The notes under the pieces are model-generated. The model ran no database searches. It had not been told where the DNA came from and saw nothing but the letters and a program-made list of their open reading frames with translations. A program made the translations under genes and the position numbers. From assembly GCF_006345805.1 (NCBI RefSeq), contig NC_043014.1, forward strand, positions 16,864,001 to 16,928,000: DNA of 64,000 nt, read 5' to 3'. This DNA is from Octopus sinensis. Its lineage: Eukaryota. Shown one piece after another: positions 38,915-52,800 of the stretch (position 1 is the stretch's first letter; every line of letters starts with the position of its first letter).

Positions 38915-39931
38915 TCTATATATATAAAACTGTAGTTGTGTGAGTGTCTGTCCCCTTCGATTTAGATTCCTAACTACTCCCACATTTTGCGGTGCAGTTT
39001 AACCAAATTCGGGTATCTTATAGTCGTGATTCATATCGAGCCCGTCTGGGTATTAGCGCGCGTCTACGATGAGTGTACGATTTTTAAAATAATTTAACAT
39101 CATTTTTTATTCCATTTTAATGCATATTTTTTCGTGTGTCGATGGCGGCGGAGTTGGCGTCCACGCTCACGCCTGCACATGTGTTGCTTCTCCCCCTTCT
39201 TCCCTCCCTCGTGAAGCTGTGGGGAAGGGAGTGTAAGGAAATCAACGTCGTAATGCGTTGTGAAGGAGACCAGCGTTCTTTTAGAACAACGACTTCATGG
39301 CTTGAAGTCGCCAAAACAGAAATGGCTAAAAAAGCTGAAACAGATCCACAAAAACGGCAAAAACCGCCACACAGGGCAGGTTTCCTGTGCAAACAATTTG
39401 CACAACCGAATGTTTTAGTTGTTGCACAAATCTTTATATATAAAAGTAAGGTTGTGTGTCTGTCTCCTACGATTTAGATTCCTAACTACTCCCACATTTT
39501 GCGGTGCAGTGTAACCAAAACCGGGTATCTTATAGTCGTGATTCATATCGAGCCCTTCTGGGTATTAGCGCGCGTCTACGATGAGTCTACGATTTAAAAA
39601 AAAATTTACCATCATTTTTTATTCCATTTTAATGCATTTTTCGCAATTATATAAGGAAAGTAACTCTCTAAAAATGTCTACGATGAGTCAACGATTAAAA
39701 AAAAAATTACCATCATTTTTTATTCCATTTTAATGCATTTTTCGCTATTATATAAGGGAAGTAACTCTGTAAAAATGTCTACGATGAGTCAACGATTTAA
39801 AAAAGAAATTACTATCATTTTTTATTCCATCTTTAATGCATTTTTTGCTATTTTTTTTGCTATAACTCACTAAAAATGCTTATATAGTTATTTCCCTTAC
39901 AAACCCGAGCAACGCCGGGCGATACTGCTAG
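38915..39931 (+). mobile_element. Composite family A Helitron nested in B4
   Basis: TC starts at 38915 and 39431, single hairpin and CTAG at 39928-39931, internal ~120-bp tandem duplications. Confidence 0.82.
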
Positions 39932-40074
39932 TATAATATAAAATTGAAAACTTTAAATTATTTAAATTGAAAATAAAAATTATGAAATTATATTTATAAT
40001 TTGTTTAAAAATATATATAACTATGAAAAGTATGAAAAAGTTTAATATACATAATACAGATATATACACTTTGT

Positions 40075-40340
40075 ATATATACATTATATATACATATTTA
40101 TATATAGAACACACACACACATACATTATATATACATATTTATATATAGAACACACACAACACACACATACATTATATATACATATTTATATATAGAACA
40201 CACACACACATTATATATACATATTTATATATAGAACACACACACACACATACATTATATATACATATTTATATATAGAACACACACACACATACATTAT
40301 ATATACATATATATAGAACACACACACACCACACACACAC
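40075..40340. repeat. ~45-50 bp compound tandem repeat
   Basis: Repeating tacattatatatacatatttatatatagaacacacac units. Confidence 0.8.
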
Positions 40341-40765
40341 ATATAAATGAACGCAAGAATATCTGATTCATAATATTTGTTCTCATGCTCGTGTGTTGAT
40401 TGTTGGTGACAGACATATACTTCAAAGAACGCCGCCGAAGTGATAGGAAGGTAGGAAACAGAGTCAGTGAAAAAGAAAGGAAATAGCGATAGTGACAGAT
40501 ACTTTAAATAACCGTAGTGGCATTCTGAAAGTTATAAATGAAGAGGAGTGACAGAGTACTGGAGGAAATAGGGTGAGGTAGGAAGATGGCCCCTAGAAAC
40601 CACAGCTTTTGAGATAGGGATTTCTAAGATAGCCCACGCGCATCGTCACCTCATTCTACATGGCCCTGTAAATTTTGGAGCGAATCGGACGGGATGTAGT
40701 GGCATTGAAAGCGAACCAAGCGGTAAAAAGGCATTTCAGTTTTATATATATATATATCTATATAT

Positions 40766-40812
<47 letters not shown>

Positions 40813-40814
40813 TA

Positions 40815-40848
<34 letters not shown>

Positions 40849-41699
40849 TGTATGTATATATAAGTGTGAATGTGTCTTCGATTACCATCTCATTGTATTA
40901 TTCCTCATTCTTTCAGTATTCCCTCATTACCCTGTCTAGCTCAAAAATTTTTTTCGTTTAGTTCTGTGTCACGGTTCATAGCCACTCTGATTTTTCAAAC
41001 CCATTTGCTAGCTCACACGATTAACAGAACCTCTTACTAAGATTCGGTGTTATATTAGTTATCAATAATGATTATTCCCTCTGATTTTTCAAACCTATTT
41101 TCTAGCTCACACGATTAACAGAACCTCTTTGATTTTCAAACCTATTTATCAATAATGTTTATTATCAACAATGCCGTCCCCAGTCAAATTTCCTCACACC
41201 GCTTTATTCCCACGTGTTCCTTGACCTCCCTCTCCACCCCTCTCTAACTAACCCTATCTCTCTCCCTATATTTCTCTATGTCCCCCACTTCCCATAACCA
41301 TCATCGCCATATCTCTCTCCCTATGTTTCTCTATGTCCCCCCCCTTTCCATAACCATCATCGCCATATATAAAAGAGCGATCGCATTATCGTTAACCCCA
41401 CTCGCTTCCAAATATCTAAAGAAGAAATACGCACAGATCATGAATGGCTAAAGCTAAGTGACTCATTCAGCCTCGCTACAACTACCTTCTATCTTTGCAA
41501 TTATCATCATTATTCCTTCACTATTCTTCGATTACCATCTCATTGTATTGTTCCTCATTCTTTCAGTATTCCCTCATTACCCTGTCTAGCTCAAACATTT
41601 TTTTCGTTTAGTTTTGTCTCCCGGTTCATAGCCACTCTGATTTTTCAAACCCATTTGCTAGCTCACACGATTAACAGAACCTCTTACTAAGTTACGGTG

Positions 41700-44600
41700 C
41701 ACCCGCCCTCTCACACCCTCCACACATGCCGGAAGTTCCTATTCTTTGCCATCCCGGAGTTGCTTCCCATGAAGACTGCAAATGCTCTTTCACCATCCCT
41801 ACCCCTCCCTACCCCTAGTCTCGACCTATGTAAGGTAATGTTCATACAGTGCAAAATATGAAAGGCTAGTGTTATGCAGGTTGTACTGAAGGCTACTTTA
41901 CTACTTCATTACTTGCACATGAATTCTGCCAAATGCGAGCTTTCTTTTCAGGTACACGAAGCTACTGTCCACCGTCCCAGGGTCTCTAGAGCCCATGCTT
42001 CCCTCACCCTCAGGGTTGGCACCCTCAACGTTGGCACACTGAAAGGTAGGTCTGGTGAGATAGTCGAGATGCTTGAACGGAGATGTGTGGATATATGTTG
42101 CATGCAAGAAATGAGGTGGAGAAGAGGATCAGCTAGGTTCCTCACAGGCAAGGAAGGCAGGTACAAGATTTTCTGGGCAGGGAACACTGACGGGGTTGGT
42201 GGCGTGGGTATACTTATCACTGAGAAATGGGTAGATAAAGTAATTGAGGTAATTAGAGTATGTGACAGAATACTTAAGATTAGATTAGTGCTTCATCATA
42301 GTTTAGCAACCATTATATCAGCCTATGCTCCTCAGTCGGGGCTACCCGATGGACAGAAAGACCGATTCTATGACACTCTACTGTAGACTACCTCGTTGAC
42401 GAATGACAGAGACCTTATCTTTGTGGCTGGTGACTTCAATGGTCACGTTGGACGACATGCTGGGGGCTTCCATGGCATACATGGAGGCTATGGCTATGGC
42501 TCCCGCAACAAGGAGGGAACCAGGCTGCTGGAGTTCTGCGATGCAAATAATCTTATGATTTGCAACACTAACTTCAGGAAACCTACCAGCCACCTAGTCA
42601 CTCACCGATCGTGCCAACATACCAGCCAAATTGACTACATCCTTGCAAGGCAAAGGGAGAGATGGCTGCTTATAAATGCCAAAACCTTCCCAGGTGAAGA
42701 ATGTACCCCACAACATAGACTGGTAGTTAGTGACTTTAGGATCAGGACTAGGAGGACAACCAGAAGACGACCAATATGGTGAAGAAGGATCTGGAAGCTT
42801 AAAGATCCTGCTAATGGACAGAGATTTAGGGACATGTTACTTGAAGCCTTTGACGAAGTAGAAGGGGATAGAGCATCACAGGGGGTAGAAGACAACTGGA
42901 CGTTTCTAAGGGACAACCTGCTGAGAGCCACTGACCAGATCTGTGGCTGGTGCAAAGTCCCCTCTCGACCTAGAATAACGTGGTGGTGGAACAATATTGT
43001 AGACAGGGCTATTAGAGAAAAGAGACAGGCTTGGAAGGTCTGGAAGAATGGTGGTAGCAGGGAATTGTATCAGACTGCCAAAAGAGAAGCTAGGAGACAG
43101 GTTTATTTAGCCAGAGGGGAAGCAGATAAGAAAACATTTGCCAATGTTCTGCGCCGTGAGGACCAAAGACTGGAGGTGTTTCGCATTGCAAGACAGTGTG
43201 TGAGTGAGAATCGTGATGTGGTAGGAGAGAAGTGTGTTCGCATGGAAGATGGTTCACTTGCGCTAAATGAGGATGCGAAAAGAGAGGTTTGGAGATGCTA
43301 CTATGAAAGGTTGCTGAATAAAGAAAATGAATGGGATAAAGAGAGTCTGCTGAATGTTGACCCAACAGAGGGACCAGCTATCCAAGTTGATAGTTCCGTG
43401 GTAGCTAAGGCAATTAGAAGCATGAAGAGAGGGAAAGCCCCAGGCCCATCAGGAATCACTGCAGAGATGCTCAAAATGTCTGGTAGTGTCAGCTATAGCC
43501 TAGTCACCCGTATAGTTAATCAGGTGATACACAAAGGAGTCATACCCAATGACTGGTGTAGCAGCATAATAGTCAACTGCTACAAAGGTAAAGGTGATGC
43601 CCTAGATACAAATAACTACAGAGGTATCAAGCTGTTGGATCAGGTGATGAAGGTTACGGAGAGGATCATAGCCCAACTAATTAGAGAGAGAGTTAGTTTA
43701 GATGAGATGCAGTTTGGGTTTGTGCCAGGGAAATGTACTGATGCTATAATCCTGGTAAGGCAGCTGTAGGAGAAATACCTAGCCAAAGATAAGCCCTTGT
43801 ACCTGGCTTTTGTTGACATGGAGAAAGCCTTCGACAGGGTCCCCCGATCCCTTATCTGGTGGTCAATGAGGAAACTAGGGATAGATGAGTGGTTAGTGAG
43901 AGCTGTCCGGGCCATGCATAGACACGCTGCTAGTAAGGTGAGGGTTGGCAACGAGTACAGTGAAGAATTCCGGGTAGAGGAAGGGGTCCACCAAGGCTCA
44001 GTCCTCAGCCCCCTCCTATTTATCATAGTCCTCCAGGCAATAACGGGGGAATTCAAGACAGGATGCCCTTGGGAGCTCCTCTATGCTGATGACCTTGCTC
44101 TAATTGCTGAGTCGCTATCAGAACTGGAGGAGAAGTTTCAGGTGCGGAAACAAGGATTAGAATCGAAGGGCCTCAGAGTCAATCTAGCTAAAACCAAAGT
44201 CGTAATCAGTAGGAAGGTAGACAAATCACAAACGCCTTCAGGTAGATGGCCCTGCTCGATATGTAGAAAAGGTGTAGGTAGAAACTCTATAAGTTGCACC
44301 AAGTGTAAGCTATGGACACATAAGAGGTGCAGCAATGTCAAAGGAAGGCTAACTAGGAAGATGGTTTTTGTATGTGGCAGATGCTTAGGGACAATAAACA
44401 ATGATAGTTTCCGTTACCTAGGTGACCAAGTCAGCAGCGGGGGCGGGTGTGCTGAAAGTGTAACTGCTAGAGTAAGAATAGCTTGGGCAAAGTTCAGAGA
44501 GCTCTTACCTCTGCTGGTGACAAAAGGCCTCTCGCACAGAGTGAAAGGCAGACTGTATGATGCGTGTGTACGAACAGCCATGCTATATGGCAGTGAAACA

Positions 44601-45522
44601 TGGGCCGTGACTGCTGAGGATATGCGTAAGCTCGCAAGAAATGAAGCCAGTATGCTCCGATGGATGTGTAATGTCAGTACTCATACTCGGCAGAGTGTAA
44701 GTACCTTGAGAGAAAAGCTGGACCTAAGAAGCATCAGTTGTTGTGTGCAAGAGAGACGTTTGCACTAGTATGGTCATGTGGCGAGAATGGATGAAGATAG
44801 TTGTGTGAAAAAGTGCCACACCCTGGCGGTTGAGGGAACCTGCGGAAGAAGCAGACCCAGGAAAACCTGGGACGAGGTGGTGAAGCACGACCTTCGAACT
44901 TTAGGTCTCACTGAGGAAATGACTAGAGACCGAGACCTCTGGAAGTGTGCTGTGCGCGAGAAGACCCGGCAGGACAAGTGAGTCCATAACCCGTGTCCTT
45001 CTACATGGGATGGAGCCAGCCTACGTATGCATACCTTCCCTTCTTGGGACACAAAACTCTACTTGTGAAGACCTGTTGAGGCAAGTGAGGATCAGAATCG
45101 AAATCGATCAATGGAAATTGCAGATGTGTTACCAGTGCCGGTGGCATGTAAGAGAACCTTCCGTTTCGCGACCGTTGCCAGCGCCGCCCCGGCTGGCCTC
45201 GTGCCGGTGGCACGTAAAAAGCACCATCCGTTCGTGTCCGTTGCCAGCCTCGCCTGGCCCTCGTGCCGGTGGCACATAAAAAGCACCATCCATTCGTGGC
45301 CGTTTGCCAGCTCTGTCTGGCAACTGTGCGGGTGGCACGTAAAAAGCACCCACTACACTCACGGAGTGGTTGGCGTTAGGAAGGGCATCCAGCCGTAGAA
45401 ACACTGCCAGATTTGACTGGGCCTGATGAAGCCTTCTGGCTTCACAGACCCCCAGTAGAACCGTCCAGCCCATGCTAGCATGGAAAACGGACGCTAAACA
45501 ATGATGATGATGATGATGATGA
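41700..45522 (+). mobile_element. RTE-clade LINE copy 1 (APE + RT + PHD-like finger), inactivated
   Basis: Single frame 41874-44981 with LRVGTLNVGTL, GDFNGH, QGSVLSP, YADD and four premature stops; 3' tandem units and (GAT)n tail. The 5' limit is approximate. Confidence 0.95.
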
Positions 45523-46016
45523 GAAAAGGGGGAGGAGGAGGAGGGGATGTGACTGTAGTCATGACGTCTAATGGCCAGACTGGTGATTGATTGATGTGGC
45601 CAGCTGGAATCATCTGTAGAAAGATGTTGGGGTGAGGTTGGGGGAACACGGAGAGGAATGAGCCATATACTCATATATAGAGGGAGATGTGGGGGAAGAG
45701 GAGACAGAGCAAAAGAGATGAGGGGGGTGCTTGAGGTTTGTGAATTCAATCTCAAATTTTCAAACTTCATTGTTCACTGGAACTACACATCAGCAACAAT
45801 AACATCATCAACAACAACAGCAATTTTTCATCTAATACCCCTCCACCCACCTGACAGTTGTAAGTGTGTATTCAATTGTAATATAATATTACACAAACAC
45901 ACACACGTTCATACACTTTACACACACTCACAAACACACATGTGCACCATGTTAGCTGAAGTAAACACATACATATATACACACACACATATATATATAT
46001 GTACATATATATGTAC

Positions 46017-46047
<31 letters not shown>

Positions 46048-46090
46048 TATAGATATATATATATTATATATATATATTATATATATATAT

Positions 46091-46134
<44 letters not shown>

Positions 46135-47539
46135 TATATATATATAGATGTGTAGATGTGTGTGTGTGTTATCTTCAGCCAATGTAGAGTCTCAATTTAC
46201 ACACTCTCATATAATACATAATACACACACACACACACAGACCACACACATTAAATAACACAGATACATAAACTTACATTCCACTATACATATATACATA
46301 TGTACACATACAAATCATACATATATACATACAGAGCACACACAACACATACACATACACACCCAGTCCTAAATGTACACAGATCAAATATCTCATCCAG
46401 AGATTTTCCCTCCACCATTTTTATTATTATTATTGTCGCAGGAGAACTTCCTATGTCTGGATGACAAATAAATTTGTCACAGCCAGCCAACAGCAGAAGT
46501 ACACTCTCCATCTCAAACATAAACTCACACATATGCATGCGTGTGTGTATACACACACACACACACATATACATACATGCATACACACACACATGCGCAC
46601 ACACACGTGCACACGCACGCACACACACACACACACACACATAGATGTATGTATATGTATGACCAGAGAGGTAATTCTAGTTCAAACAGTGGGGCCAAGT
46701 ATATTAAGGGATCCCCATGGCCCTCCCCTTACAATTGTCATCTGGTATTTGAATCCATAAATTTGCCTTTTCTAACTTTTAATCCCGATCTTTTGTATAC
46801 ATACAACAACACACATACATATATGCACACATATATATACACACACATATATATACACACACATATATATACACATAGGCACATGCATGCGAACATATAT
46901 GTACATAGATGCTTTCTGGTGCACATGTATGTCTATATTATTTCTAACATATATATATATATACACTAGAGTAAATGCACAAACACACACACATATATAT
47001 ATATATGCATACACACTCTCACACACATTGAGTTTTCTTTCTAACCACATAAAATTGGTTTCCACCCAATAATGTGACCTTGGGCAAGTTTCTTATTCTA
47101 TAGCCTTGGACTGACCAATACCTTGAAATCATAATTGGTAGATGGAAGCTCCAGGGAAGCCCACTGTGCATGAACATGTGTGTGTGTGTGTGTGTGCGCG
47201 CGTATGCATGCGTTCATGTTTGCATAGTGCCTCTTTGCAAGACACACCTGACAAAAATTGTGATGTCATGTTTACATTCCCGACAAACAATGTCCTGTAG
47301 CTCTGTACTTTCAAAGGCCAATGAATTAATGAAAATCCTTTGTAAAACAGTTCAGGATTGGCTACAGGAAGGGCATCTGGCTGTGAAATACCACCTTACA
47401 GAAGTCTCCAACTAACCCATGCTAGCATGGAGAAATGGGTGTAAAGACAAACAAATGAACAAATATGTGTATATACACATATATGTACATATATACACAC
47501 ATACATATGTATATATATATATGTATGAATGTATATGTA

Positions 47540-48030
47540 TATCATCATCATCATCATCATCATTTAGCGTCCGCTTTCCATGCTAGCATGGGTTGGACGG
47601 GTCAACTGGGGTCTGTGAAGCTGGAAGGCTTCGTCAGGCCCAGTCAGATCTGGCAGTGTTTCTACGGCAGGATGCCCTTTCTAACGCCAACCACTCCGCG
47701 AGTGTAGTGGGTGTTTTTTACGTGCCACCTGCACAGGTGCCAGACAGAGCTGGCGAATGGCCACGATCGGATGGTGCTTTTACGTGTCACCGGCACGGGG
47801 CCAGGTGATGCTGGCAACGGACACGAACGGATGGTGCTTTTACGTGCCACCGACACGGGGCCAGACAGAGCTGGCAAACGGCCACGAACGGACGGTACTT
47901 TTACGTGTCACCGGCACGGGGGCCAGCCGAGGCTGGCAACGAACACGAACGGATGGTGCTTTTACGTGCCACCGACACAGGGCCAGACAGAGCTGGCAAA
48001 CGGCCACGAACGGACGGTGCTTTTACGTGT
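47540..48030 (-). mobile_element. RTE 3' UTR-only element with ~5 tandem units
   Basis: (cat)n tail at 47542 and ~61-bp units as at 53274-53730. Confidence 0.85.
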
Positions 48031-48079
48031 CATATATATATATATAATATATATAATATATAATGTATATATATAATAC

Positions 48080-48119
<40 letters not shown>

Positions 48120-48149
48120 GTATATATAATAAATATTGTATATATATAA

Positions 48150-48220
<71 letters not shown>

Positions 48221-49019
48221 CGTAAATGATATAAGAGCAAAACAAACGGAACGAATGAAAAACAAACACAAAGAACGTTGCCAAGTCCTCATCAGTTAAC
48301 GTCTAAAAAATCATAACAATTTCACACCCTTCACGTTAATATTGTTCAATTTTGGTGGTGTCAGCAGCGTAAAAAAACAACCGCTGGGCAATGGCAAACA
48401 AACAAGGGACAGACGAAAAACAAACAAACAAAATTAAATAAATGTACATTATACAAACAAAAATAAAAATAAAACATTATAAAACCAAAATTAAGGCCTA
48501 CCGTCCGAAGATGAGGTGGATGACGAACGAACGAGGGACAGACAAAAACAAACCAACAGAATATGGACATACAAACAAACTGAAATGAATATACAAAATA
48601 ACGGTTGTGCGGCTTTAAAGATGAGATGAATAGTTGGTAAACGCAAGAGAGGAATGTCCTGAAGAATTTGAAATGAAAAAAACAGAGCGCTCAGGCAACG
48701 AACAATGTTGCGAGCGAGACGAGAGAAAAAGCCGACTTATCGCCTCGGCGATTCTGTGTCGAAAGGAGTTACATGTCTGAGGTACACTCAGCCAGTTACA
48801 TATCTCTTCAATGAGTTTGCTCATTCAATTAAATGAACAACTGACAACTTGTCATCGAAACCAACAGACACCCATCTATATATGTAACAGCTGAAATTTG
48901 CAATGATGAATCGATTTCTGACTGAAGAATGAAGGCTTTGAATGACCTGTCTGTTTTTCTTGTTCGTCCCTTCGTGTATTTCCCGTTATTTATATTTATA
49001 TATGTAAAGTTTTATTATA

Positions 49020-49850
49020 TATCCCCTCTAGGAAGAACGCTCGCTCGCGTGGCTGGATAAAACTTTTCATGTATAATTCACTAGTTATTATTGTCTATCG
49101 ATCAGCCCCTCATCTCGTTAAAAATGGAATACATATTTAGAATCTTACAGGCCCTTATTATTTCATATAAGTTTTCCCCTCTAGGAAGAACGCTCGCTCG
49201 CGTGGCTGGATGAAACTTTTCATGTATAATTCACTAGTTATTATTGTCTATCGATCAGCCCCTCATCTCGTTAAAAATGGAATACATATTTATTAATCTT
49301 ACAGGCCCTTATTATTTCATAAAGTTTTCCCCTCTAGGAAGAACGTTCGCGTGGATGGATAAAACTTTTCGCGGGGAACTTCATACTTCTTTCTTCTTCC
49401 TTTCTCCCCCCCCCCCTCTTTTACATTGTCTGTCTTCCCTCTCCTCTTCCTCCTCTACACTATTTGTCTTCCTATCTCCTGCCATCTTTAGGTCTTTAAA
49501 AGCTAGCCCCCCAAATATACGGTCTCATTCCTGATTTCGAATTTCTTCTGCCAGTTTCACTTCGAAAACGAAATGATTTCAAGATAAGAAACTTAACTCA
49601 ATTCAACCCGTATTCTTCTCGCCATTCATATATTTCATTTGATGACCATAGTTGTGCTTTGTTTATTATTATTTTCAGCTTCGCCTCGCATTACATATCA
49701 TGTATAATTTATTAGTTATTATTGTCTATCGATCAGCCCCTCATCTCGTTAAATATGGAATACATATTTATTAATCTTACAAGCCCTTATTATTTCATAT
49801 AAGTTTTCTCCTCTAGGAGGAACGCTAGCATAGCTGGATAAAACTTTTCG
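49020..49850. repeat. 153-bp direct repeats upstream of RTE copy 2
   Basis: cccctctaggaagaacg at 49023, 49176 and 49329; detached copy ending near 49850. Confidence 0.88.
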
Positions 49851-49859
49851 CGGGTCGCC

Positions 49860-52800
49860 CTCCCTCCCACCCCCTCCACCGATACAGGAAGGCTTGAAAA
49901 TTTCTCATCCTTGTTGTCTCCCATTTTCACTTCAGTCTTACGCTGCCCCCACCGCTACAGGAAGTCCAAAATTTTCTCATCCTTGTTCTCCCCCATGTAC
50001 ACTTCGCATCCCTGTTGTCTCCTATGCCCATCTGTTCCTCTTTCCATAAAGGTAGTGGTCATTCATTGCAAGATATGCTTGGTGTAACGTACGCGGTTTG
50101 AACTTGAGTTTTATTGTTTGTCTATGAATACTGCCAAACGCGAGTTTTCTTTTCAGGTTCATGATGCTACTAGGTCCATTGCCTCCCACTTCCTCAGGGT
50201 TGGCACACTCAACGTTGGCACACTGAAAGGCAGATCTGGTGAGATCGTCGAATTGCTTGAACGGAGGTGTGTAGATATATGCTGTATTCAAGAGGTGAGG
50301 TGGAGAGGAGGTTCTGCTAGGTTCCTCACGGGTAAAGGACAGAGGTATAAAATTTTCTGGGCCGGGAATACTGAAGGAGTCGGGGGAGTGGGTATGCTTA
50401 TTGCCGAAAAATGGGTAGATAAGGTTATCGAGGTATTCAGAGTATGTGACAGAATATTGAAGATTAGATTAGTGCTCCATCATAGTTTAGCAACTATTAT
50501 ATCGGCCTATGCCCCTCAGTCAGGGTTACCCGATGGACAGAAAGACCGTTTCTATGACACCCTACTGCAGACCACCTCATTGATGAACAACAGGGACCTT
50601 CTCTTTGTGGCTGGTGACTTCAATGGGCATGTTGGACGATATGCTGAGGGATTCTATGGCGTTCATGGAGGCTATGGTTATGGTTCTCGCAATGAGGAGG
50701 GAACCAGGCTGCTGGAGTTCTGTGATGCGAATAGTCTTATGGTTTGCAACACTAACTTCAGGAAACAAACAAGCCACTTGGTCACCTACCGTTCAGGCCA
50801 GCATACTAGCCAAATCGACTACATCCTTGCCAGAAAAAGGGAAAGATGGCTGCTTATAAATGCCAAAACCTTCCCAGGCGAAGAATGTACCCCACAATAT
50901 AGAATGGTAGTCAGTGACTTTAGGATCAGGACTAAGAGGACGACTAGAAGACGACCAACATGGAGAAGAAGGGTCTGGAAGCTTAAAGACCCTGCTAATG
51001 GACAGAGATTTAGAGACATGTTACTTGAAGCCTTCGATCGAAATAGAAGGGGGTATAGCTACACATGGGGTAGAAGATAACTGGGCGCTTCTAAGGGACA
51101 ACCTGCTGAAAGCCACTGACCAGATCTGTGGCTGGTGCAAAGTCCCCACAAGACCCAAAATAACGTGGTGGTGGAACAATACTGTTGACAGGGCTATTAG
51201 ACAAAAGAAACAGGCTTGGAAGGACTGGAAGAACGGTGGTAGCAGGGAAGTGTATCAGACTGCAAGAAGGGAAGCTAGGAGGCAGGTTTATTTAACCAGA
51301 GGGGAAGCAGATAGGAAAAAATTTGCCAATGTCCTGCGCCGTGAGGATGAAAGACTGGAGGTATTTCGTATAGCAAGACAGTGTGTGAGTGAGAATCGTG
51401 ACATGGTAGGAGAAAAATGTGTTCGCATGGAAGATGGTTCACTTGCGCTAAATGAGGATGCAAAGAGAGAGGTTTGGAGAAGCCACTATGGAAGGTTGCT
51501 GAATGAGGAAAATGAATGGGATAAAGAGAGTCTGCCGAATGTTGACCCAACAGAGGGACCAGCAATCCGAGTTGACAGTTCCTTAGTAGTTAAGGCAATT
51601 AAAAGCATGAAAACAGGGAAAGCCCCAGGCCCATCAGGAATTACTGCAGAGATGCTCAAAATATCTGGTAGTGTCGGCTATAGCCTAGTCACCCGTATAG
51701 TTAACAAGGTGATACACGAAGGAGTCATTCCCAATGACTGGTGTAGCAGCATAATAGTCAGCTGCTACAAAGGTAAAGGTGACGCCCTAGATACAAATAA
51801 CTAAAGGGGTATCAAGCTGCTGGATCAGGTAATGAAGGTTACAGAGAGGGTTATAGCCCAACTAATTAGAGAGAGAGTTAGCCTAGATCAGATGCAGTTT
51901 GGGTTCGTGCCAGGGAAAAGTACTACTGATGCTATTTTCATGGTAAGACAGCTGCAGGAGAAATACCTAGCCAAAGACAAGCCCCAATACCTGGCTTTTG
52001 TTGATATGGAGAAAGCCTTCGACAGGGTCCCCCGATCCCTCATCTGGTGGTCAATGAGGAAACTAGGGATAGATGAATGGTTAGTGAAAGCTGTACAAGC
52101 CATGTACAGAGACGCTGCTAGTAAGGTGAGGGTTGGCATCGAGTACAGTGAAGAATTCAGGTAGAGGTTGGGGTCCACCAAGGTTCAGTCCTCAGTCCCC
52201 TCCTATTTATCATAGTCCTCCAGGCAATAACGGAGGAATTCAAGACAGGATGCCCCTGGGAGCTCCTCTATGCTGATGACTTGCTCTAATTGCTGAGTCT
52301 CTATCAGAACTAGAGGAGAAGTTTCAGGTATGGAAGCAAGGTTTAATCGAAGGGCCTTAGAATCAACCTAGCCAAAACCAAAGTCCTAATAAGTAGGAAG
52401 GTAGACCAATCACAAACGCCTTCAGGTAGATGGCCCTGCTCGATCTGTAGAAAAGGTGTAGGTAGAAACTCTATAAGATGCATCAAGTGTAAGCTATGGA
52501 CACATAAGAGGTGCAGCAATGTCAAAGGAAGGCTAACTAGGAAGATGGTTTTTGTATGTGGCAGATGCTCAGGAACAATAAACACTGAAAATGCTCTGAG
52601 ACCAACTTCCGTCACCTTCCAGGGAGAAAAACTAGAAGTAGTTTATAGCGGGGGCGGGTGTGCTGAAAGTATAACTGCTAGAGTAAGAATAACCTGGGCA
52701 AAGTTTAGAGAGCTCTTACCCCTGCTGGTGACAAAAGGCCTCTCGCTCAAAGTAAAAGGCAGACTGTATGATGCATGTGTACGTACAGCCATGCTACATG

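Larger units (their letters stand above)
37548..40757 (-). mobile_element. Helitron family B, unit B4
   Basis: Inverted paralogue of B1; 3' hairpin acccgcgcgtagagcgggt and CTAT end directly abutting the B3 5' end. Confidence 0.78.

Noticed and set aside
39117-39430. CxxC...CxxC string (CANCLHRKPALCGGFCRFC) on the minus strand
   Set aside because: Short, no recognisable domain context, inside a Helitron; kept only as possible captured DNA.
46284-46640. [11 protein letters not shown]... as candidate first exon
   Set aside because: Hydrophobic core too short, no suitable donor, flanked by simple repeats.
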